Assembly (NCBI GenBank): GCA_963835905.1
Contig: CAWIHG010000008.1
Coordinates: forward strand, 258,384 to 322,383
DNA length: 64,000 bases
Direction of reading: 5' to 3'
Source: an uncultured delta proteobacterium
GTDB taxonomy: Bacteria > Desulfobacterota > Binatia > Binatales > Binataceae
A model generated the notes under the pieces. The model saw only the letters and a list, made by a program, of their open reading frames with translations. It searched no databases and was not told the DNA's origin. A program made the position numbers and the translations under genes. Shown piece after piece: positions 39,845 to 49,180 of the stretch. The first letter of the stretch is position 1. Every line of letters begins with the position of its first letter.

Positions 39845-42733
39845 TCAGGCGCGCACCACGGCGCGGCATCGCGGGCACAACTCGGGGTCGCCGCCGTCGT
39901 CGAAGTAGCACCAGCATCGCTGGCACTTGACCCCGGGCGCGCGCCGTCCCTTAAGCGCGATCGCTAGCGATTGCGGCGCGCGGAACCAGGCGCCGTCCTC
40001 GGCGAACTCCTCGCGCCCTGGCGCGCGCGAGCGCAGCGCGTCCGCTCCAGCGGGCGGCAGGATCGTAACGTCGGAGACGATGAATAGCTCCTTGAGCAGA
40101 TCGCGATAGCGCGCGAGCGTCTCGGCCGCGCCGTTTGCGCCGGAAGATGCCGCGCCAATCTCCACCGCCGCCTCCAGCGGCGCGCCGATCGTGCCGGCCT
40201 TGCGCATCGCCTCGAGCAGCTTGAGCGCCTCGTCGCGGACCGCGAGCAGCGTTTCCCATCGCGCGACCAGCTCCGCGTCGGCCCACTCGGGATGCGGCGG
40301 TTGGAACTCGAGCAGATGCACGCTGTCCGCGACGCGGCCGGGCAGATACGAGTAGACCTCTTCGGCGGTGTACGGAACCAGCGGCGCGAGCAGCCGCACC
40401 AGCGCGTCGAGCGCGTGCCAGAGCGCGGTCTGCGCCGAGCGCCGGCTCGTGGAAGCCTTGCCGTCGCAGTAGAGCCGGTCGCGCGCCACGTCGATATAGA
40501 GCGAGCTCAAGTCCACGATGCAGTAATTCAGCAGCGCGTGGTACGCCGCCGAGTAGTCGAAGTTCTCGTACGCCCGGCGTACCTCGGTCTTGAGCCGCTC
40601 GGTGCGCGCCAGGATATAGCGGTCGAACTCCAGCATCGCGCCGTACTCGATCGCGTCGCGCGCGGGATCGAAGTCCGACAGGTTACCGAGCAGGTATTTG
40701 CAGGTATTGCGGATCTTGCGGTACGACTCCGCGACCGCATCGAACAGCGTCTTGCCCAGCGTCATCTCGCGGGTCGAGTCGATCGACGCGTACACCAGCC
40801 GGATCACGTCGGCGCCGAGCCGGTTCGCGACGTCGTACACGTCCTCGGTATTGCCGAGCGACTTCGACATCTTGCGCCCCTGCTCATCGACCGTGAGTCC
40901 GTGGCTGATCACGTTGCGGAACGGCGCCGCGCCGCGCTGCGCCACCGCGCAGGTCAGCGACGACCCGAACCATCCGCGCGCCTGCTCGACCGCCTCGAGG
41001 TACGCGTCCGCGGGCCAGGTCAGCTCCGGGCGCCGGGCGAGCACGGCGGCCTGCGAGCATCCCGAATCGAACCACACGTCGAGCACGTCTTCCTGCCTGG
41101 TGAATGAGGCGCCGGAGCATTGCGGGCACTTGAGCCCCGCCGGCATGAAGTCGACGGCGGGCCGCACGAACCACGCATCGGAGCTTTCGGCTGCGAAGAT
41201 CTCCTCGGCCCGCTTCATCACGCCCGCCTCCAGAATCACGTTGCCGCATCCGTCGCACTTGAGCGCCGGAATCGGAACGCCCCAGGCGCGCTGGCGCGAA
41301 AGGTTCCAGTCCGGGCGCGTCTCGGTCATGTTGCGGATTCGATCGCGCGACCACGCCGGCACCCACTTGACGCCGTCGATAGCCGCGATCACCCGCGCGC
41401 GCAGCCCGTCATGATCGATCCTCATGAACCACTGCTCGGTGGCGCGGAAGATGAGCGGGTTATGACATCGCCAGCAGTGCGGATAGCTGTGCGAGATTTT
41501 CCGCACCGCGAGCAGCGCGCCGGTCTCGCGCAGGCGCTCGACTATCGAGTCGTTCGCCTTGAAGACGTTGCTGCCCGCCCATTCGCCGCCCTCCGCCGTG
41601 AACACGCCCGCGTCGTTCACCGGCGTGAACGGCTCGACGCCGTACTGCGCGCCGACCACGTAATCCTCGTAGCCGTGACCGGGCGCGGTATGCACCAGGC
41701 CGGTGCCGGTATCGGCGGTGACATGCTCGCCGTACATCAGCTTGACGTCGCGGTTAAGGAACGGATGCCGAAAGATATCCTTGCCGTCGAGCGCGGCGAG
41801 CGCGTCGCTGCTGAGCGCGATCGTCTTGTCGATGCTGAGCGCGCAGTCCTTCGCGACCGCCTCGGCCAGGCGCGCGGCGACGATCAGGTAGCGCTCGCCC
41901 ACCTTGAGCGCCACGTACTCGAAGCTGCGGTTGAGCGAGATTCCGAGATTGGCCGGCAGCGTCCATGGCGTGGTCGTCCAGATTACGCCGTAAAGGCGCC
42001 CCACCTTGTGCGCAGCGGCAAGCTCCGCGCGCTCGCCCCCATTTGTCGCCAGCGCGCCTGCGTCGCCGGCGATGTGGTTGAGCGCGAACGCGACGTAGAT
42101 CGAGGGCGAGCTATGCTCCTCGTACTCGACCTCCGCCTCGGCCAGCCCGGTGCGGCAGTCGAAGCACCAGTGCACCGGGCGCAGCCCGCGATAGATGTAG
42201 CCGTGCTCGACCAGGTCGCGCAGCACGCCGATCTCGGCGGCGTCGTACTCCGGCGCCATCGTCAGATACGGATTGAACCACTCGCCGATACATCCGAGGC
42301 GCCGGTAGTCGGAGCGCTGCAGGTCGATCCACTTCTCGGCCTCGGCGCGGCACAGCTTGCGCAGCTCCGCCTTGGGCATCGTGCGCGCCTTGGGGCCCAG
42401 CCCGCGCGAGACCTTATGCTCTATCGGCATCCCGTGGCAGTCCCATCCGGGCACGAACGGAGTCCGAAACCCCATCATCGAGCGCGAGCGCACCACGAAG
42501 TCCTTGAGGATCTTGTTGAGCGCGGTGCCCAGATGAGCGCGGCCGTTGGCGTAGGGCGGCCCGTCATGGAGCACCCACGCCGGGCAAGCCTTGCGCGTCT
42601 CCATCAGGCGCGCGTAGAGGTCCATCTCGTCCCATCGCTTGAGCGTCTCGGGCTCGCGGCGGGGGAGATTCGCCTTCATCGGGAAGTCGGTCCTGGGAAG
42701 AGCGAGGGTGGATTTGTAGTCGGTTGCGGCCAC
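39845..42733 (-). CDS. ileS: Isoleucine--tRNA ligase
   Basis: 962 aa class-I aaRS with HIGH-type region (PYANGRAHLG), KMSKS, editing domain and C-terminal zinc finger. Confidence 0.95.
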   Translation of the reverse strand: MAATDYKSTLALPRTDFPMKANLPRREPETLKRWDEMDLYARLMETRKACPAWVLHDGPPYANGRAHLGTALNKILKDFVVRSRSMMGFRTPFVPGWDCHGMPIEHKVSRGLGPKARTMPKAELRKLCRAEAEKWIDLQRSDYRRLGCIGEWFNPYLTMAPEYDAAEIGVLRDLVEHGYIYRGLRPVHWCFDCRTGLAEAEVEYEEHSSPSIYVAFALNHIAGDAGALATNGGERAELAAAHKVGRLYGVIWTTTPWTLPANLGISLNRSFEYVALKVGERYLIVAARLAEAVAKDCALSIDKTIALSSDALAALDGKDIFRHPFLNRDVKLMYGEHVTADTGTGLVHTAPGHGYEDYVVGAQYGVEPFTPVNDAGVFTAEGGEWAGSNVFKANDSIVERLRETGALLAVRKISHSYPHCWRCHNPLIFRATEQWFMRIDHDGLRARVIAAIDGVKWVPAWSRDRIRNMTETRPDWNLSRQRAWGVPIPALKCDGCGNVILEAGVMKRAEEIFAAESSDAWFVRPAVDFMPAGLKCPQCSGASFTRQEDVLDVWFDSGCSQAAVLARRPELTWPADAYLEAVEQARGWFGSSLTCAVAQRGAAPFRNVISHGLTVDEQGRKMSKSLGNTEDVYDVANRLGADVIRLVYASIDSTREMTLGKTLFDAVAESYRKIRNTCKYLLGNLSDFDPARDAIEYGAMLEFDRYILARTERLKTEVRRAYENFDYSAAYHALLNYCIVDLSSLYIDVARDRLYCDGKASTSRRSAQTALWHALDALVRLLAPLVPYTAEEVYSYLPGRVADSVHLLEFQPPHPEWADAELVARWETLLAVRDEALKLLEAMRKAGTIGAPLEAAVEIGAASSGANGAAETLARYRDLLKELFIVSDVTILPPAGADALRSRAPGREEFAEDGAWFRAPQSLAIALKGRRAPGVKCQRCWCYFDDGGDPELCPRCRAVVRA

Positions 42734-43413
42734 TGGCGGATACGGCGGACGCGGCTGGCGCGCCCGATTCTTGTCTCCTTCGGATATCTGCTGCGATGGT
42801 CTTCAGCCTAAGATTAACTGACCGGTGGAAGACGCGCGAGACTGGCTTTCGGGACCGCGATCTGCGCTGTGGGCGGCTTCGAGGGCCGGGTGATCGGGGG
42901 TCGCGATCGGTTCGCGGACCTGCGCGATGGGTTTGGGATCCGGGTCGCCGGAGGGGGTGGCGGGGACGAGAATCCGCGCCGATGCTCGCGAATACCGCGC
43001 CGCCGCGATGGGTCCGTTTAATTTTCCGCCGGGAGATTTTTTTCTTTCTCCCGCCGCCTCAGCCGCTCCCGTGATTCTTGCGTGGCACTGACTTAAGTCT
43101 GTGCCCACTCCCGGACCGACGAATCCCCGCTCCGTCGCGGGCAAATAGACCGGGAATCCTCGCGCGCGCGACGCGGAGCGTCCCGTGAGAAACGAATCAC
43201 GCGCGGGGATGACAAAATCAAAAATCGATGGATCTTTACGAGAGGCGCCGCAGACTCTGCGGCTCGGAAGATTCGGACGGCGGGCGCCTGACATGGCGTC
43301 ATCCATCGCTGACGCCATTATACGACTTGCCGCCGCCGAATAACAGGGATCGCGATCTGTCGCCTATAAAGACCGATGAAGGCGGTCAGAGCAGGCACCC
43401 CCTCTTGTATTCT

Positions 43414-43435
43414 CCCCCATGTGAAAAAATGGGGG
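43414..43435. repeat. Hairpin CCCCCAT-GTGAAAAA-ATGGGGG
   Basis: Perfect 7-bp inverted repeat. Confidence 0.5.
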
Positions 43436-43494
43436 GGAAAATGAAAGGACAAAGATTCGCGAAGAAGCAGAAACTGGCCGCCTCAACTTCCGTT

Positions 43495-43522
43495 CCTCCC
43501 CCGTTCTTCGACACGGGGGAGG
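43495..43522. repeat. Hairpin CCTCCCCCG-N10-CGGGGGAGG
   Basis: Perfect 9-bp inverted repeat. Confidence 0.5.
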
Positions 43523-43547
43523 ATACAGAAGGGGGTGACTGAAGCAC

Positions 43548-43658
43548 CGCTCGCTGCGAGTGCCTCACAGGCTAAAGCCGATGCCACTCGCACCAAGTCA
43601 TCACAGGCTAAAGCCGATGCCACTGGTAGCAAGCGCAGACACGCGCTCGCAGCGAGCG
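43548..43658. repeat. Nested repeat unit: 15-bp inverted repeats (CGCTCGCTGCGAGTG / CGCTCGCAGCGAGCG) flanking two direct copies of TCACAGGCTAAAGCCGATGCCACT
   Basis: Inverted repeats at 43548-43562 and 43644-43658; direct repeats at 43565-43588 and 43600-43623 (one mismatch after the repeat). Confidence 0.7.
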
Positions 43659-43679
43659 CCACGCGCCTTCGGCGCGTCC

Positions 43680-43708
43680 AGTGAAAAGTGAAAAGTGAAA
43701 AGTGAAAA
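43680..43708. repeat. Tandem heptamer (GTGAAAA) x4
   Basis: cagtgaaaagtgaaaagtgaaaagtgaaaaagg. Confidence 0.8.
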
Positions 43709-43808
43709 AGGACCCTCACCAAACCGTGTGCCAGTGGCACGTCCCTAACAGGGAGAGGGCTCAGAAAGGAACACACGCGCGCGGTAACGACAGCAGCGAG
43801 CGCGACAG

Positions 43809-44966
43809 CTATCCGCGGATCGATTTTCCGGCGCCCACGTCTTTGAGAAACGCGAGCAGATGGCCGAAATACGCCTGCTGATCGTCGTACATCGCCAGAT
43901 GGCTGCCGTTCTCGCATACGGCGACGCGGCTGTTGGGAATCAGCCGGCCCATCTTCTGGATGTCATCGACCGACATGGTGCCGTGGCGCGCCGCGATCAG
44001 CAGGGTCGGGACCGAAATCCGGTGCAGGTCCGGCCATCGATTCCAATCCTTGTAATTCCCCGTGATTACGAATTCGCTGGGCCCCTGCATCTGGTTGTAG
44101 ATCTTCGCGTTCACATGGTTGAAGCCCATCATCATCGGTTCGGGCCACGGGTCGAGGTGGCACATGAAGCGGTGATAGACCTGGCCCATCAGCAACTCCT
44201 GATATTCGGGCGCGTCGTATTTCTTCTCCGCTTCGTATTTCGCCATCACGGTCTGCACTCTTTCAGGCAGACTCTTGCGCAGCGCATTGATGTGAGCGAC
44301 GTAGGACTTCATGCTCGCGGTCATGTTGGAGATGACGGCGGCCTTCAAATGATGGGGATAGGTTATGGCGTACTCCTGCACCAGCATCCCGCCCCATGAA
44401 TGCCCGTAGAGCACGAAGTCGGTGAGCCCAAGCCCGGCGCGCACTTCCTCGACCTCGGTGCGGTAGCGCGCGACGGTCCACAGCGAATCGTCGTCGGGAC
44501 GGTCCGAGTTGCCGCATCCGAGCTGATCGTAAAAGTAAAGCTCGTATCCGGTTGCGGGCAGGAAGTCTTGCAGGCATTCGAGGTACTCATGGGTCATTCC
44601 CGGTCCGCCGTGGAGCGCGAGGATCTTGAGGCCGCCATTGCCGACGCGCTGGGTCCAGACCCGATATTTTCCGCCGACGACCGGGATCATCCGGATTCCT
44701 GCCTGATGGACGCGGACCGCCGGGCCGTCGATCATCTTTTCGCCGTCGAAGCGGACCCGATGAAGGAGCGGAGCTTCGCTCGCCGGTGCTGCCGCGGGGG
44801 CCGGGCTCTGCGATGAAGCGCCCGACGCCGACGAAGTGCGGCCGATAATCGCGCAGGCTACCGCCGCAGCACTTGCGCCGATAAAGGCGCGGCGCCCTAT
44901 CGGTGTTGCAGCCTCGCCTGCACTGGCGTGCGTATCTTGATGCGTAAGGTTCGCTTGCTTTTTCAT
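43809..44966 (-). CDS. Proline iminopeptidase-like S33 alpha/beta hydrolase with Tat signal
   Basis: Twin-arginine signal (RRAFIGASAA), GHSWGG nucleophile elbow, PIP-family length. Confidence 0.8.
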   Translation of the reverse strand: MKKQANLTHQDTHASAGEAATPIGRRAFIGASAAAVACAIIGRTSSASGASSQSPAPAAAPASEAPLLHRVRFDGEKMIDGPAVRVHQAGIRMIPVVGGKYRVWTQRVGNGGLKILALHGGPGMTHEYLECLQDFLPATGYELYFYDQLGCGNSDRPDDDSLWTVARYRTEVEEVRAGLGLTDFVLYGHSWGGMLVQEYAITYPHHLKAAVISNMTASMKSYVAHINALRKSLPERVQTVMAKYEAEKKYDAPEYQELLMGQVYHRFMCHLDPWPEPMMMGFNHVNAKIYNQMQGPSEFVITGNYKDWNRWPDLHRISVPTLLIAARHGTMSVDDIQKMGRLIPNSRVAVCENGSHLAMYDDQQAYFGHLLAFLKDVGAGKSIRG

Positions 44967-45166
44967 TTAGCCTCTACCGAATTTGGCGAGATACGGCCGG
45001 AAATTGCGGCCGATTTCGAGTCCAGCGCCGTTGGCGGCGCGGCCGCTTGACTGCTAGTCTCATGCTGGAACAATTTCAATCCAAGTTCCATCCGGCTCGA
45101 CGCGCACGCCGCCAATCTCATCGGCGCAGGGCCACGGAAGCGTAAAGGTGCGGCCGCGCGGCCGGG

Positions 45167-45772
45167 GTGAGTGAACCTCTAGTGGCAGCGACGTACTCTT
45201 CACCGATCCATTCGATCATCCTGTACGCCGGCTTCTTGTGCTGGGTGATTTTTGAGATCTGGGTGTTATCCCGCGAGCGGGGAACGGGGCGGAGCAGCGC
45301 ACGCGATCGCGGCAGCACTGCGTTCGTGATCGTCGTCATCGTGGCCGGGCTGTTGCTTGCATTCAACGCACCGCGGATCGTGCCCGCGCTCGATGTCGGC
45401 AGGGGGCTGGCGATCGTCGTCGCGGTCGGCGTCGTTCTCATCTGGGGCGGGATGATATTTCGCTACTTCGCGATTCGGACGCTGGGAGAATTTTTCCGCA
45501 CTCAAGTCATCATCCAGCAGAGTCATGAGTTGATAACCACGGGACCTTACACGTATCTGCGCAATCCGGGGTACACCGGCAGCACGATTACGCTGGTCGG
45601 CTTCGGCTTCGCGGTGGGCAACTGGATGAGCGTAAGCGTGCTCGTGGCAGCGACGCTCATCGCGTACTCACGGCGGATCCCGGTCGAAGAGCAGGCGCTG
45701 CGCGATCGCTTCGGGGCGGAGTACGACGAGTATCGCAAGCGGACTTGGGCGCTGATTCCGCTGGTGTGGTAG
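45167..45772 (+). CDS. ICMT/PEMT-family membrane methyltransferase
   Basis: Multi-TM protein with C-terminal LITTGPYTYLRNPGY...AYSRRIPVEE motif of isoprenylcysteine carboxyl / phospholipid methyltransferases. Confidence 0.75.
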   Translation: MSEPLVAATYSSPIHSIILYAGFLCWVIFEIWVLSRERGTGRSSARDRGSTAFVIVVIVAGLLLAFNAPRIVPALDVGRGLAIVVAVGVVLIWGGMIFRYFAIRTLGEFFRTQVIIQQSHELITTGPYTYLRNPGYTGSTITLVGFGFAVGNWMSVSVLVAATLIAYSRRIPVEEQALRDRFGAEYDEYRKRTWALIPLVW

Positions 45773-45837
45773 CCGGCGCGGGGGTTTGAAAAGCGGCGCG
45801 CGCATTCGTATCATCGCTGTTCGCGGACGAACCATCC

Positions 45838-46092
45838 ATGGGACTCAGAAAAGTTACCTACTACGACAAACGCGGCACCGCCGAAGTTGAGGTGGACGAG
45901 GACGGCCAGGCCAAACCCTGCGTGCTGGGGGTGAGGTGGGTTAATCCCGACACCTTCGAGACTATCCGGGTCGTCGGTGGCAAGCGCACCGGCCCCAAGG
46001 GCGAGTTGCTGAAAGAAATCCCGCCCACGCTCGACACCAGCGCGTTCGCAATCGAGAACCTGGGCAAAAAGCCGCGGACCTTCGGCAAGTGA
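45838..46092 (+). CDS. Hypothetical small protein (84 aa)
   Basis: ORF whose stop overlaps (GTGA) the downstream CoA-transferase start; no recognisable domain. Confidence 0.4.
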   Translation: MGLRKVTYYDKRGTAEVEVDEDGQAKPCVLGVRWVNPDTFETIRVVGGKRTGPKGELLKEIPPTLDTSAFAIENLGKKPRTFGK

Positions 46093-47294
46093 GCGAGCCG
46101 GGCGCGCTTGCGGGTCTGCGGGTCCTTGACCTGAGCGACCATCGCGCGCAGCTATGCGCGCGAACGTTGGCCGACATGGGCGCCGACGTTATCAAGGTCG
46201 AGCCGCCGGGCGGCGACGCGGCGCGCCGGATCGGCCCGTTCGCCGGCGACCAGCCTCATCGCGATCGCTCGCTGTTCTTCTGGTTCTACAATCTCAACAA
46301 ACGCTCGCTCACGCTCGACGTCGCCACCGCGCGCGGCGCGGAAATTTTCCGCAAGCTCGCCGCATCGGCCGACGTGGTGATCGAAAGCTTCGCGCCGGGC
46401 ACGATGGAGCGGCTGGGGCTCGGGTGGGAGCGGCTTCATCGCGAGAATCCGGCGCTGGTGATGCTCTCCGCAGCGCCCTTCGGGCAAAGCGGCCCGTATC
46501 GCGACTTCCAGGCCGACGACACCGTGCTGACGGCGCTGGGCGGGATGCTCTACGTCAACGGATTTCCCGGGCACGCGCCGGTGCGTCCGCTGGGCCTGCA
46601 GGCTTATCATTCGGGCGCGTACTACGGCGCGATCGCCACGATGCTCGCGCTGCTCGCGCGCGACAATTGCGGCCAGGGCGCATTGATCGATCTCTCGATG
46701 CAGGAGGCGACCGCCAGCGCGGTGGAGCACGTGGCCGGCAGCTTCTTTGAGACCGGCACCACGGAGCCGCGCCGCGGCACGCTGCATTGGAGCCGCTTCT
46801 TCCGGGTCGGGCGATGCCGCGACGGCTATATCATGCACTGCACGCTCGGCGACTGGACCTCGCTTATCGAATGGCTCAAGGCCGACGGCAAGGCGGGCGA
46901 CCTGGTCGCGCCCGAGTACGACCAGGTGCTGCATCGGTACGCCAACGCCGAGCATCTGTTCGACGTGCTGGACCAGTGGGTCAAGGATTACGATCGCGAT
47001 GAGCTGCTGGAGCGGGCCCAGATGCTGCGGCAGCCGTATGCGACGGTGCGCGCGCCCGAGGCGCTGTTCGAAGACGAGCAGCTTGCGGCGCGCGGATTTT
47101 TCGCCGAGGTCGAGCATCCCGAGCTGGGCCGCAGCTTCAAGTATCCGGGCGCGCCCTACCTCTTCGGTGGCACGCCGTGGCGCGTCTATCGGCGCCCGCC
47201 GCTGGTCGGAGAGCATAGCGGCGAGATCCTGCGCGAGGACGCGGGACTGGACGCGGACGAGATCGCGGCGCTCGCGGCCGAGGGAGTGATCTGA
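46089..47294 (+). CDS. Family III CoA-transferase (CaiB/BaiF)
   Basis: LRVLDLSDHRAQLCARTLADMGADVIKVEPP signature. Confidence 0.85.
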   Translation: MSEPGALAGLRVLDLSDHRAQLCARTLADMGADVIKVEPPGGDAARRIGPFAGDQPHRDRSLFFWFYNLNKRSLTLDVATARGAEIFRKLAASADVVIESFAPGTMERLGLGWERLHRENPALVMLSAAPFGQSGPYRDFQADDTVLTALGGMLYVNGFPGHAPVRPLGLQAYHSGAYYGAIATMLALLARDNCGQGALIDLSMQEATASAVEHVAGSFFETGTTEPRRGTLHWSRFFRVGRCRDGYIMHCTLGDWTSLIEWLKADGKAGDLVAPEYDQVLHRYANAEHLFDVLDQWVKDYDRDELLERAQMLRQPYATVRAPEALFEDEQLAARGFFAEVEHPELGRSFKYPGAPYLFGGTPWRVYRRPPLVGEHSGEILREDAGLDADEIAALAAEGVI

Positions 47295-47296
47295 TC

Positions 47297-48499
47297 GTGG
47301 CCGCGATGCCGCTGGAGGGAATCCGGGTGCTCGATTTCACCTGGGTCGTCGCGGGACCGGTGGCGACGCGGATTCTGGCCGACCACGGTGCCGAGGTCGT
47401 CAAGGTCGAGCGCAAGGTGCCGCCACCGCTCGGCAACCGCAAGGTGGGACTCCAATGCGACCTTCATCGCGACAAGCTCTCGGTCGCGATCAACATGGCG
47501 ACGCCGCGCGGAGTCGAGCTCGCGCGCAAACTCGCCGCCAAAAGCGACGTCGTGATCGACAACTTCTCGGCGCGCGTGATGCGCGCGTGGGGGATGGATT
47601 ACGAGTCGCTGCGCGCGGTCAAACCCGACATTATTTGCGTCAGCATGTCGGGACTCGGTCATACCGGACCGCGCTCGAGCTACGTCAGCTACGGGCCGAC
47701 GCTGCAGGCGCTGTCGGGCTACACGCTTCTGATGGCGGAAGACGACGGCCGGCCGGCGGGCTACGGATATTCCTACGCGGACATGAGCGGTGGATATACC
47801 GGAGCGCTCGCGGCACTGATCGCGCTGTACAATCGCAAGCGCACCGGGCGCGGCCAGTTCGTCGATCTGTCGCAGTTCGAGGCGGTCACCGCCGTGGTGG
47901 GAACTTCGCTGCTCGATATCGCGGTCAACGGCCGCACGCAGACGCCGTTCGGCTACAAATCGCAGGAGGCGCCCGCCGCGCCGCACGGGGTTTACCGATG
48001 CCGCGCGCGCGGCGACGACGACGACAGGTGGATCGCGATCGCGGTGCGCACGCAATCCGAATGGGAGCGCTTCACCGCCGCGCTCGGCGCGCCCGCGTGG
48101 ACGAGCGATCCGAAATTCCGCACGCTTTACCTGCGGATGCGCAATCACGCCGAGCTCGACGCGCAGGTCACGCGCTGGACGCGCGAGCGCAGCGCGGAAG
48201 ACGCGATGGAGCATCTGCAGCGCGCGCAGATAGCGGCCGGGGTGGTCTCCAACGGGGCGGACCTGTGCGAGCGCGATCCGCAGCTCAAGGCGCGCGGATT
48301 TTACGCGCCGCTCGCGGCCGCTTCGGGAGCCTCGACCAGGGTCACCGGGATTCCGTTCCGCATCTCGTCGGGCTCGGGTGCGATCCGCACGATCGCTCCC
48401 GAGGTGGGCGAGAACAACGCGCACGTGCTGGGTCATATCCTGGGACTCAGCGCCGCGCAGCAGGCGGAGCTCGTCGAGCAGGGCGCCGTCTGGCCGTAG
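47297..48499 (+). CDS. Family III CoA-transferase (CaiB/BaiF), tandem paralog
   Basis: IRVLDFTWVVAGPVATRILADHGAEVVKVE signature. Confidence 0.85.
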   Translation: MAAMPLEGIRVLDFTWVVAGPVATRILADHGAEVVKVERKVPPPLGNRKVGLQCDLHRDKLSVAINMATPRGVELARKLAAKSDVVIDNFSARVMRAWGMDYESLRAVKPDIICVSMSGLGHTGPRSSYVSYGPTLQALSGYTLLMAEDDGRPAGYGYSYADMSGGYTGALAALIALYNRKRTGRGQFVDLSQFEAVTAVVGTSLLDIAVNGRTQTPFGYKSQEAPAAPHGVYRCRARGDDDDRWIAIAVRTQSEWERFTAALGAPAWTSDPKFRTLYLRMRNHAELDAQVTRWTRERSAEDAMEHLQRAQIAAGVVSNGADLCERDPQLKARGFYAPLAAASGASTRVTGIPFRISSGSGAIRTIAPEVGENNAHVLGHILGLSAAQQAELVEQGAVWP

Positions 48500-48513
48500 C
48501 GCGGCGGCTCTGC

Positions 48514-49076
48514 TTTTTTCATTCCAGCGCGTGTGGAGACCGGGGTCGCTCGACTTCGCTCGAAGACTCGCTCCGCTCGGGATGACACAAGGGCGCGCCG
48601 CGCCCGCGGCGAGTCCGTCATCTAGAATCGCCGGTTCCTTTATCTTGACCGATACCTCCGTCATCCTGAGCGAAGCGAAGGATCTCGCGCGGTCCTCCGC
48701 GCGTCGCTGCGAGACTTGACGCGGCCGCAAAAGGAGTCGGCCGCGAGATCCTTCGCCGTCGCAGCCGACAGAAGGCCCTCTCGCTGCGCTCAGGGCGCCC
48801 AGGCGGCGGCTCAGGATGACCGAGAAAGAGAGCGGCGAAGGGGATTGGAGCGGCGTGAACCGGCGGCGCGGCGCCGCCTCAGAATGAGAGACGGGGGCGC
48901 GCCCCTGTTTTGTCATTCCAGCGCGTGTGGAGACCGGGGTCCCTCGACTTCGCTCGAAGGTCCTTCGCTCCGCGCAGAACGTCCACTCGGTCGCGCGGCG
49001 CGGCGCTAGCGTCGTAATTCGGTCATCCTGAGACGAGTCTGCGAGGCGAAGGATCTCGCGCGGTCCTCTGCGCGCC
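48514..49076. repeat. Cluster of REP-like palindromic elements (A units near 48514 and 48906; B units near 48660 and 49022; inverted partial copies between)
   Basis: A unit is TTTTGTCATTCCAGCGCGTGTGGAGACCGGGGTCSCTCGACTTCGCTCGAAG; B unit is GTCATCCTGAGCGAAGCGAAGGATCTCGCGCGGTCCTCCGCGCG. Both occur in two direct copies plus reverse-orientation fragments. Confidence 0.8.
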
Positions 49077-49180
49077 ACGGCGATCGAATCACGAATAGTC
49101 GCTCACCCGCCATTTCGCGCTTACGAACTCTTGCGCTAAAGTCGGCTCCAGCCGCCAATCGCGGGCCAAGGGGGACCGGG

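Noticed and set aside
40292-42811. Two long plus-strand ORFs (40292-41107, 41120-42811) and one at 46152-47216 (-), 49295-50665 (-), 56579-57895 (-)
   Set aside because: All are antisense to strongly supported genes (ileS, a CoA-transferase, yifB, ffh) and show GC-driven low-complexity composition.
42734-43000. T-box or attenuator leader for ileS
   Set aside because: I could not identify a specifier loop or a T-box (AGGGUGGNACCGCG) motif on the minus strand. High-GC non-Firmicute ileS genes are not typically T-box regulated.
43228-43542. 104-aa ORF inside the structured non-coding region
   Set aside because: It is low-complexity (poly-P, poly-G, poly-E runs) and spans hairpins and repeats. 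It has no SD and no domain, so I treat it as a fortuitous open frame.
43548-43708. Possible CRISPR array (direct repeats with spacers)
   Set aside because: There are only two 24-bp direct repeats, separated by 11 bp, plus 7-bp microsatellite-like units. There are no regular repeat-spacer periodicity and no cas genes in the window.
48378-48719. ORF ending ...[19 protein letters not shown] across the REP-like cluster
   Set aside because: The frame is open only because the palindromic repeat lacks stops. The peptide is encoded by the repeat itself and has no start context.
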